A DNA stretch of 64,000 bases, from positions 177,382,001-177,446,000 of the forward strand of contig JBITNC010000001.1 of NCBI GenBank assembly GCA_050084985.1. Reading direction: 5' to 3'. Position 1 is the stretch's first letter; each line of letters opens with the position of its first letter. Below are positions 25,401-37,400 of the stretch, piece by piece. A program made the position numbers and the translations under genes. The notes under the pieces were generated by a model. The model searched no databases, had not been told where the DNA came from, and worked only from the letters and a program-made list of their open reading frames with translations. Source of the stretch: Nageia nagi (lineage: Eukaryota; Plantae; Pinophyta).

Positions 25401-28400
25401 ACCCCTTGCAAGTGGCTACCATCCCTACATGATTACTAGTACTTGGGGATGAGTTAGGCATATCCCCTTTTATTGAGATACCTACTTTTTGGGCATTGCA
25501 TTCGCTTGCATGTCGGGTGGGATTGGCTTGCTATATTGGAAACACCTCAAAAGATGAAGATGTCTCAAGGATAGTGTAATGGCCCCAATTTGTAAGGTCT
25601 CACTCATTTTCTGTGTTTGAGGAGATTTCGTCTTCTATAAGCTTACTTTCAGCATTTGGAATGGAAAGAGGACCTCGTGCCAATCGTTTTGACAGGTTAT
25701 ACGACCTACTTTCGCCAAGAAACAAGGAAGATATGGTACTTTGAAGTTCACCTGCTGGACCAGTCTGCTCATATCGCGTGCACATGAGAATCCATGATTT
25801 ACTCTCATTTGAGAGTAACATCCTTGCCCTAAGGATGTGCAATGATTACATGATTAATCTAGGAGTGATTTATATTTAGTTAGGAGGATTTTATTAGCAT
25901 TATGGCTTTTATTGTAATTAAACCCTTTAATTGTAAGTTCCACTTGGGGACTAGTAAATTGCTCCAATTATTGGACGATGGGCTGAGAAGAATTGAGCTA
26001 AAGATTTGAAGTTTTTCCCTTATTTTCGGGTGAGAATTACTGAGCAGTTGAGGAGATCTCTCTGTCCTGTTGGAGAGTTGTTGTTGAAGGAGACTTCTGG
26101 AGGAGTTGAAGATTTGTTGGTGAGGAAGCTGAAAGAGATTTCCAAAATCATTGTGGTATTAGTTCACAGTGGTATTTTTCTTGAATCACAGTGGCAACAC
26201 TTGTTGAGGAGATCTTGCCCTTTTTTTTTTCAGGTAAGAAGGAGAAGTTGTTGAAGAGATCTTGCCGTCTTGTTGGAAGATCGAGAGATAGCATCACAGT
26301 GGAATTGACCTGAGCTCCCAGTGGTAGTTTTGAGGAGAAATTTTTGGACCTAGACACTAGGAGTGAGATGTTGGTAGTCTAGAGGGTTAGATCCCACCTT
26401 CTGGTAGTTCATTGGACCCTTTTGACCATAAATTAAAGTTCTGAGGCTTCAAGGAGGTTCGCCTAGCTTGGTGAGAGGTAATTTTCGAAATTTCGAAGTG
26501 CCTTGCTTGAATATGAGGGTTAAGGAGCCAAGGGGAGGTTTGTTGTCCTAAAAAGGCTTGAATAAGAGGTTGTTTTGGCATTTTTGAGGCCATCTGGAAC
26601 TAGATGTTGGCATTTTGAGACAAGATTGGAGGTTCATTCTGCATTTTAAGCCCATCTTGAGCCAGATGGTGTTATGAGGCATTTCTAAGGTTTATATTGC
26701 ATTCAGAAGCCATTCCAAGATAGGCTTTGGTGTCCTGAGGGTATTTTTGAGGTTCATTATGCAGGGTATTTTCGAGGTTCATTATGCATTCAGAGAACAC
26801 CTGAGGGAGGATGTTGGCATTTTGAGGGATAATCATCGATATTCACCTAGTTTCGTCATGGAATTTGAGATCCTAGAAACTTTGCAAGTTTGTTTAGTCA
26901 TTCTAGCCAAAATTTCTAGAAATTGAAGGGATCTGAGACACTTGGAGGAGGATGTTGAGCTTCAGGTGAAGCCAAACTGCAAATCGTGTCACAATTTCAC
27001 AACGGTTTCTACACCATGGAGGCATGAAACTCTGCAAGTTTGTTTAGTCATTTTGGCCAAAATTTCTGGAAATTGAAGGGATCTGAGACACTTGGAGGAG
27101 GACATTGAGCTTCACATGAAGCCAAACTGCAAATCGAGGAACAATTTCACAATGGTTTTCGCACCATGGAGGTGTGAAAGGGAATTTTAAAATTAGCAAG
27201 ATAAGTAAACAAAAGATGGATACGTTAGTAGCTATGGTGAAGAATGTGTTGATCCAAAGGGAACAGAATTAGAAAAGCTACAGATGGAGTACAAGAACAT
27301 ATTGGAAATTTACAAAAAGGTGGCAAACTTCAAGAAACATTTGGATTTGATGGGGAGTAAGGATCTTTCGAAGATGGTTTGAGATGCAGAAATAACTATT
27401 CGACTGGACCGAGGGAAAGACACACAACAACCACTACTACAGGGACAAGAAGAGGTAAACACCCTTCATAATGAGCTTGCAAACACTAAGAAAAACCTTA
27501 GGGAGGCAAGGAAAAGTTTGAATAAGTTGTTAGGTATGCAAAGCAAGTATGAAGCATTAGAAGTAAGGTATGATGATATTTGTGAAAATCTTATATAAAC
27601 AGAAGAGAAGAATTCTGAATGGAAAAAGAAATATGAACAAGCCCAAGTAGCATTGCAAGAGGATACGACACTACAGCAACTAATGTGGCAAAAAAGGGAA
27701 TCCTTGAAGACAAAATTTGAAACCACTCTTCGACAAAAGGAGGAAGAAATCAGTCTTCTTTGCAAAAGGAATTCTGACTATAATTCAACCATCAAATTAA
27801 AGGACATAGAGATAGCATACATCCAACGAGAATCAAGTGACAAACATAAGTTGATTAGACTCACTCGAAAGGTAGTAAAAGATACATAGGCAAAGTATCA
27901 GGCTATTCTAGATAAGACTAGATCTGAAGTTGAGGAGGCTAAACGAAAAGTTGAAAGAACACAATTGGAAGTAAAAAGGTCTAAGGCAACATGGAAGAAA
28001 AGGGAAAACCAACTGGTGGAATATAATTGATTGGCAAAACTCAAGATTGAAGATGCAAAGGAAGAGATTGCTAGTCTGGTGGTTTCTCTCAAAGAAGGTA
28101 AATTTGATACAAGCAAAGCCAAAGATGATGCTGAAAGTATGAAGGTAAAAATTATTATGCTCAAGGATAAGTTACTAGGCAAGGAAAGAGAAGTGCAGAG
28201 TATTCTTCAAGAAAATGAAAATCTGAAGACTAGAAGTGTTGCATCTTTTGAGCAAATTGAACAATTGGAGCAGTCATTTTTTATGGCTACAACAGAGGAA
28301 ACAATTGCCAAAGAAGAATATAGAAGGTTGCAGAAAAGAGTGTAGGATATGGAAGAGAGTACAAAACAAAGGGTAGCAAACATCCTTGCTAAAGTTGATG

Positions 28401-31400
28401 TTACAACAAAAATATGTAGGGCTACCAGCACTCAAAGAGGAAATAAAGATCACAATAAGTACATTTCGGTATCTAAGGATGATAAAGGAGCTGATTGCAT
28501 TCATGAATTTTGCAAAAGAGGAAGAGAGGATGACGTCTTACCACATGAGCATACACTCATGAGTGATGTAGGGATAAATAACGAAGGTAATGGAATACGA
28601 GTTGAATACACAAAACAAGTGATTGATATTCTAGAAGAGTGGAGCCCAAACACTGGATTTATGACTACGTCCTACGCCAAAATATTTTACAAAGGTATTC
28701 TAATGGGTAATGTTCAGGTTGCACTTCATCAATCACTCAAAGTGAAGATCAACAAGATGTTGTGGACAGCTTTGAAGAAGGAATTTAGTACAAAAAACCC
28801 ACATTATGCCCTGATTTCAAAAGCTACATATAAACGAGCAATTATAGCCGGTACGTTGGAAGCTTGGGAGCATGGTTATACCCTATCTCTGTCTATACAC
28901 AAGGCTATGGTACTTATCAGGTCCGATTACTTCATTCATGCTGTGTGTGAGAGATAGAAAGTTTGCTAACACATATACAAAGGCTAGTTTGGAAGAATAG
29001 TTGGACGATAAGAAGCATGATGTCATACCATTAAGCATCATACACAGGGTTGTAAACATAGTAACACAGTTTGCCACTTACTTGGGCAGCTTGGGTCGCA
29101 TTAAACTCTTCAACAAGATTTGGAAAAGCTCTGAGACATTTTGGAGGCAGTTTTGGAAGGTTTCTCTATCACAACATAAGCACTTCATGATATTTCTTGG
29201 CATCCTTGAATGGCAATAAGGGATTGGAACCTTTGTGGTGATACTCTTTGCATACACAACTATTTTCGACATCTAAGTTGCGCAATGGGAGTATAAGGCA
29301 ATACCTTTGAGAACAAATTGGGACATCATTAGCTTGGCAATATATTGGCATTGCTTGAGGACAAAAAAAATTTGTAGTGGCGGTATTGTAATGTCTCCAA
29401 TTTGTAAGGTCTCACTCATTTTTGGGTTTAAGGAGATTTCATTTTCTATAAGCCAAGAATGGACATTTTAGCACTTGGAATGGAAAGAGGACCTCGTGCC
29501 AATCGTTTTGACTGGTTATATGACCTACTTTCGTCAAGAAATAAGGAAGATATGGTACTTTGAAGTTCACCCATCAGACCGGTCTCTCATATTCCGCGCA
29601 CTTGAGAGTCCATGATTTACTCTCATTTGAGAGTGACGTCCTTCCCCTAAGGATGTGCAATGATTACTTGATTAATCTAGGAGTGATTTATATTTAGTTA
29701 GGAGAAGTTTATTAGCATTATGGCTTTTATTGTAGTTAAGCCCTTTAATTGTAAGTTCCACTTGAAAACTAGTAAATTGCTCCAATTATGGGACGATGGG
29801 CCTATTTTAGCATGATAAGATTAATTTAATAATTAATTATGCCAATAATCATGTATAAATGATACCAAGGCAATTATTAATTGTAAATGCAATATTAGTC
29901 ACCATTTATGGGATGTTGCATATATCAAGCCTTGATGAATGTAATATTGGCATTAATGGACCTCATTAATAATATTGCACCCCTTTCGAGGTAGAGCATG
30001 ATACCAAAGGTATTTTTATCTACTACGAGGCATTGGAAGACTCCACACTTGGACGTTGGGCTTAAGGAGGAAGATTGGACCATCAAGATGTGAAATTGGG
30101 CATCCCAAGACACCCACGTCACCCTTGTAGGTTATTTGGGCACATGGCGTTGATCCCAAGACACATCGGCATCACACCCACTTGGACGTTGCATTTCTAG
30201 GCCCTTGGATGTAATCTCACTTATCTTGAGGCTCTTCGTCTTGGATGTTTTCAACATGAGCACACGGATCACATCTCTCCACCGTTAGATCATCTCAATG
30301 CAATATTAGAAGAGAAACTACATCGCCTATAAAAGAACCCCTGGACATTCTAATATATGTTGATTGATGATTATAAACCCCTTTTTATCATATTGAGTGT
30401 GAGAACTCTATCTTCGTCACTTGTAGGGCAACTTGCATTTGAGGTCTTGAGGTGATAGAAGGCTAACCTCGAGCGTATTCTAGTTGTTCGGTAGAAGAAC
30501 ATTATCAGTTCCATCACAGAAGGAGTAGGGAAGTCTTGGATTTGGTCTTGGTGCTGCTACGATTGGTGAGGCCTTGGAGCCATCCAAAATAACCCTATTG
30601 GAGGCAGTCTTGATGCAAGCTCCTTAGGTCAAAAATATATTTATGTAATTGCACTTCCGCCATTGTTATATCAATACAGTTACTCTGTTTTGCCTACATT
30701 GTGTAATTTGTCTCTTCTATTGGGACGTTGGATTTGGAGTGTAGTTTTCGTAGTTAAAGTCTTGTTTTTCCTTCTGCATTCCAACATTGAGTTTCTAATG
30801 CAATTTTTGGTTTATTTTCGTAATTTCTTCTAATACTGGACGTTGGAGTATTTGTGCTATTTTGAGTTAATTTGGCTAGATCCAGAGTTAGAAGGCAAAT
30901 GTCCCTCTCCTAGGGAACGCTTGAGCATGATCCGCCGGTTTGGGATCATCACCGATCGTTGGATGTCCTCAATATGGCCTAGGTACACCATATGGCAACA
31001 TGCATAACCATCCCCTACATGCCATACTTAAAAAACAAAAAGCCCAACCTTGCCCTCATCTAACTTAAAACTATAAATTTCTCTTGAGGACATTCAAGAT
31101 CCATTGAGGGTTCACTAGATCTCATTCTTCTTCCCCTCCAGCGACAAGGATATAGGCGTGACCCTCATGGACCATCGAGATTTCTCCTTGGTGCGGAGCT
31201 TACCTGCATGCTCTTCCTCATAGAGATCCATAATGGCCCTCTTTTGACCGCCCTTTTGTATATCTCTTCCTTGTTAGGGTTTTAATCTTCTTGTTCGGTC
31301 TCATTTATTGTTTTGATAATTTTTTTATGCTTTTCTTAGATTGGGCCCACTAGGGGCTACACTTGCTTTTGAAGCATAATTGTATCCACTAGTCCCATTG

Positions 31401-34400
31401 ACCACTTTTGGTCATTGAGGACATCAATATACTTTTTTTCTTTCTAACGTATGAGAAAAAAGTCCCCAATCCATTGGTGTTATAAAACAGAAAACTCATA
31501 TAACAAAGGAAAAAGTTACAATTGTGTCATAATGTTGGGACTCTGATTTAGCAGGCTTATTTTTGAATCAAGACTTATATTTGGTGAAAAATGAATCGCT
31601 AAAGAGTTGTTTGCATTAATTTTTTTAAACTTTAACAATTTTTTTAAGATTTATATTAGATTTATACAAACACAACCAAATTAACATTGTGATTATAACT
31701 GAATAAACCAAATAAAAATGAGTAGCATTTGTTGTATTTTTAATATTTTTCAAATTATCCTTCTTTATTTTGTCATTAGGGCTGAAACAAACTCACCATG
31801 TTTAGCTAGAATCACTTGTTAGACTCATTACACTAGCAAGAACTTTCAGAATCTTGGGAATACTTGAGAGTCCAGTGATTTCGACTTATTTTCCCTGACT
31901 CAACTAGCAACTCAAAGAGAATTTTCATAAAATGCAGATTCTCGAGACTATGATCAATATGTTTTACTAGTATAATGTAAAATATTATTCGGAAAATAAA
32001 TCTCTTAAGATCTGATACTAAAAATAATTGATGAAAAACATCATTCGAATTTGAATGATTTATATTAGTAATATTATGTACCTTCAAGTTTTGTACTGCT
32101 TACCATACTGGAATAAAAATAAAAATAGAATTGCATTTTGTGATTGATCTTAAATGGTATATGCACATTTCTATGTTTTTGGTTTTTATTATGTATTTGT
32201 GCAGGCATGTTGGGAAGAAACTTGAATTATCACATGTTTTGAAATTTCCTATATTTTTATGTATTTTGTATTTGATGACCTAGGACGTCTCAAAAGAAAA
32301 ATTTCCCATCCCAGCACTTGTCCCAACATACCCTACCTTCCCTGCCCCTAATACTCCGTGTAACCATGTATAGAGCATAACGACATACATAGCACATAAA
32401 ATAACATCAAAATAGATATTTTTATCTGAAATATACTATAATAAAGACAGTCTCCAATATATTCAGACCAGAGTAGATACTCTATAAAAACATGGATGGG
32501 AAATGCAATGTCCCAACCTATAAAGGACATACATAGAAGGCTAGGAAGGCATGTGAGCATTGTTGTCCACACACATTGAACCAAAATTCAAATTACAGGA
32601 GACAAAAGCATTGCATGCTTGTGCAATAATTTGTTCTGAAACACTTGTTGTCATCACTGTTATGCATATGCACATGAACTACATCACGTAAAGACAGTCT
32701 GTATGCTGACAAACTCTGCAAGCCTTGTAAGTGGCAATTCACGTCCTTTCTTCTCATCAAGTCCTAACAGTGCTTGTCAATGTTTTTATCCTATTATCGT
32801 TTCAATGCCCATTGTATGTTTGCTTTTCTTATGCTCCTGATTTGTTCTTTCTATTTGAATGTTGGCTTTCTACTTTTGCTTATATAACATAAAATGTTTT
32901 TTCAAAATATACCATCAGTTTCGACTGGAAGCGTGGAGGGGTACTATGCAAAGAATTATTAAAACTTTGGTTGATCAACTTCTGACATGCAATCCTTCTT
33001 TGAAATCCTGCATGACCAATGAGGAGCACATGAATCAGGTATAAATAGAAATATTGTATTAAAGATCAGTCTGTTGCTATTTTCAAAATGTTTTTTAACC
33101 TGTATCTAAATTTTAATCATCATGAAATATCTGTGTGTGTGTGTAAACATGCAAGACTAAACAATATTCTTGAGTGCCAGCTTTTCTTTGCTTTTACAAG
33201 GAAAGATCTTTCTTGCAATTCATTCAGTCCTATATATAAGCTTTTCTAAGCCTTCGGCCAAACTAAAAAATGTTCTTAGATGCCACCTTTCCTTTTCAGA
33301 TATTTCCTGTTCAATTCTGTTGTTTATTCAATGTAAACATTTTGTGCTTTGATGTAATATAAGATGCATTTCATATTTATCTATCTATGACTAGACAAAT
33401 ATTTTCTTGCATTGGTCTGTTTGTCATTGTAAGATACTAAAATATTGAGTTCTAAATAAGATGATTGTGATGAAACTAATTGCTTCAGAAAAGGAATCCA
33501 CTTTTGTGTTTTGGCATTGGAAATAGAGAAAGAAAGGAATTATTTTATTAACGTTTTTGGACCATCACGAAATTCTCTTCTCATTCAAGATCGGTAAACT
33601 TGTAGATGAAGATAAGAATCTGTTACTGTACATCTCCATATGTTGCTTAGTCTATGGACAAGATGGGATGTTTAGCCTTTGACGTCAAATAATGATGGAT
33701 CCCTCCAACTGAGTGCCTGTGGAACCTCAAGCAAATGTTTGTGAAGGAAGACAAGGTCTCATTGATTTATCATTTCCAACTTGAGTACCAACTGCATCAA
33801 ACGGTTGTTTGTGGCTCCCATCTGTAGAGATAGGATGAAAGGAGGTGATTACCCTAGTGGTTCCAGTGGTTTCCCTTAGGAATTTATGCCTAAGAATACT
33901 TGCTAATTGAAGGTATGAAACCAAACACCTTTGTTTTCAGGAGTAAAACAAATGTCTAGAGACTTGCTAGAATCTTTAATGTGCAATAAGACCTCCCTTG
34001 GATCTCATAATGTATTGTACATTTAAAGATGAAATGTTTGTTAGCCTGTACTTGTTGAAAGGAGAAAAAGTAACATGTCTATTCATCTCCCAGGATATGA
34101 TTGCCTGTCGCAACATGAAAATTGTGGGTATAAACTCCATGTTGACATAGGGATCTTGAGGCTGTGGGTCCATGTAATAACCCTAACTTAATTATTTGCT
34201 AACAAAATCTGATCTGTAAATAATATTCAGAAAATAGCACAAACCCTAAGATAACCACAAACACAACACACAAATTTTATTATATTTTTTGAAATAGCGA
34301 TTACAAAGTTTAGCCAAAAGGGTACTAAAAAATGTGCTCAAATCTGCAAAAGAAGATTCCCCAAGTTGGACGTCTCTCTAGGGCACAATTGGCTCTGAAA

Positions 34401-37400
34401 AATATGCAATACAGATCCCCAAAAATGGCAAACTTCTCTCAAGCCTTTCTGGACTGAAAACCCACTGAAATCTGAAAATAAACTCCACACAAACCCTGGA
34501 TTCTAAAAACTGAAACACAAACCCTAACTAAAAACTACGATTAAGCTCCAATGATAAACCTTGAATGGATTTATCTCTCAAAAATCCAAGGGAACAGCCC
34601 TGAATTTCCAACCAAATAGCAAGGTTTAGCCTTTTCTACCTGATTAAGCCTTCTGAAGAGTTCATAATCAACCCTAATCTCCAAAAGTGTAGTTGAAGGA
34701 TCAACCTTTTCACCAAGATCACACGATTATAAAATATCAACATAACATAACTCTAAAACGGAGCGCTCAACATATATATAGACATTATATGTCTTCGTTG
34801 AGAAATAAAACCCTAAAACGACTTAATGCACCTTATTGCATTTTTATGTTCTAATTCTTCATTTTGTGGCCCCCGCAACTTAAACCACATTATTCCTACA
34901 ATGCACTTAACATTTAAAATATAGCATATTACTTGCCTAGCATGGATGTCTCCCTTCTCTTAGCATAATAATGACAAAAGTGCAGTTAGGTGAATGGGGA
35001 ATTAAAACATTATTGCTAGAATCAAAATGGGGACATTTCAAGTCCATCCTGCTCAAATTGCTCGTCCTCAAGCAATGACCAAGCTGAATCTGAAAAACCT
35101 TTCGACTGTACCATATATTAAGTGATCTTTGATGACATAGGGTTGTTCATGGTTGGTGGGGAAAATATGAGTGCAAAGAAGATCACCAAGGCTGCCGTTC
35201 TTACATTCATCATGTTATGAAGGAATCCAAAACCTCCTTGCCAAATGGAAGTATCAGAGGGTACTGCTGCAACGCTGAAGTATGAGGGCTGTTCCCAACA
35301 CATTCTCCAATGGTTGGCCGTTGACTGTCTCCAAACACTCCTGCTGATTGGAACTGTTAACACTTTCCTTCTGCTCATCTGCCCACTATTAACTGAGGGA
35401 GTCAATTTCTTCACAAAAACACTTGTGGCAATGTTTTGGCTCCAAGGACCGAGTTGTATCATATCTGTTTTCTTGCTAATCAGGTCTTATATTCTGAGAA
35501 TCAAGTTTGATTTTTCCTTCTTTACAGTACTCATTGGATGTACCAACCTTCCAAATGCATCAAATTTTTTTCCAATCTCAACAATACAAATAGTAACCTC
35601 TTCAACGATGGTGCAAATTTTCCCTTTAGTAACATAGAGAGAGAGAGAGATCAAATCTGATTGCAAATAATGACTGTTGTAAGCATGGACTGTTAGAAAA
35701 TCGATAGTGCTTCCAACTACTGCTGGCATGACCATCAGTAGTGCTTCCAACAAGTGCAATCAACAAACCTGCTTTCCCCCATTGAAAACTGGTCTTTTTC
35801 ACGCAATGTTTGGCCATAACATGACTGTTCTCTTCATCATATTCAACCATGTTCAATATCAACAAAAGACTATCTTTGCTTGCTAGTTGCATCAAGAGTT
35901 GTTTCATTAGTATCTCATCTCCAGCAGTTAACCATACTTTATCTTCTTTCATGTCTTGCAAATAGGCAGATATGAAATCTACCAACTCTTGTGAATTAAT
36001 TTCAATCTTCACAACTTCAAAATTCACAAGAACTCAATCTTAGTCAATATGATATTTATCATGGAAAGTGCGATTTTCAAATTAGTTCTTACCATTGTGA
36101 ACAATGTGGTACCAAATGTGACGAAAAATGCACTATCATACTCTTTACTGTTCACAATTGTAACAGCCTTTACATTTGTGAAAATTGCAGTCCCAAACAT
36201 AGTCCCAAGAGCCTTTTTAAGCCTGAAAACTATGACTGTAACAGCCATTAATATCATGGAATTTACTGTCTTTATCAAGAACACATCCAAAAGGGTTAGA
36301 AATGAAGCCAACAGGATCTTCTTTGCAGCCCTATCTGCCTTGACAAACAATGCCCCAATCGTCGACAAAATTGCAATCCCAATAGCAGCATAAAACCTCA
36401 TCAGAAACTCAGTCCAGAATATGGTGAATTCAGCAGTGAATAATCTCAAAAGTGCAATCCATAATGTAAGAGTTACAGCAGTAGGCAGTCTTAAAATTGC
36501 AGTCCTAAGAGTCAACATGGATGCTTTGTCAGCCACACCAATGTCCTTCCTTCCTTTTCCTATTCTCCACAGAGATTTCCCGTTATGAACTAAATGATCA
36601 ACGAACAAACAATTCTCACCTTCCTTCCGGAAGAAGGGAGTCAAATCTCTTGTGCTTCTCAAGAAAACATACTGCTGCAAGGTTCTACATTCTTCCCCCA
36701 TTGTTGCTTCAACATTTTCCTCTTTTACAACAAGTGTGTTCCTTGGGGATTGTTTTACGAAACAAGTTCCATCCTTTTCTTTTATCTTCATTGCCTCTTC
36801 ACACTACTGCAAATATTTATTTTTTACTGCTGTCATAGTTTCATTAGCACCCATTTCTTCATTCTCAACCAAAATTCTCCTAGATGCATCTTGAACAAAA
36901 CAAACCTCATCATTTATAGTTGCCCCTGCAAAACAATCCTCATTTGAACAGTCCAATGCTGCCCTTTCAACACTACAATCAGTCGCAAACACTACTTCAT
37001 ACATCACAAAGAGTGCTGCCCAAATCATCAACTCAGCATTAGACTCTATCAAGAGTGTAGCCCAAACTGTTATCCAAAATGTGACCCCAGATGACCATGA
37101 ATGGGCATCACGAAGTATGCAGTTGCAACTCTAAATGTGATGAGAATTGCAGCCCAATATTCTATTGGAAATGCAGCCTCCAACAGTATCAGTATCATGG
37201 CTTCAAACAATGTATAGAATATGACTTTCTTCATGGAATATGCAGCCTCATACCTCATGAGAGTCGTGGCCCGAAACGTTATAAAACTTACAACTGTAAT
37301 AAACCTTTTCACTGTGAAAAACACAACTGTAGCAATCCCAATCAACATAAAAAATGTTACTTTAATCTTCATCAAGAATGCAGCTGTAAGTGTCATCAGG

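Larger units (their letters stand above)
25575..30953 (+). mobile_element. Non-autonomous Gypsy (chromovirus-like) LTR element with truncated 5' LTR and a coiled-coil cargo ORF
   Basis: 25575-25983 matches the first ~410 bp of the 3' LTR (29387-~30953). CTTGAGGACAAA...GTGGCGGTAT|TGTAAT tail/PPT. Near-TSD GATAG/GATCG. No RT/IN/RH motifs seen. Confidence 0.85.
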
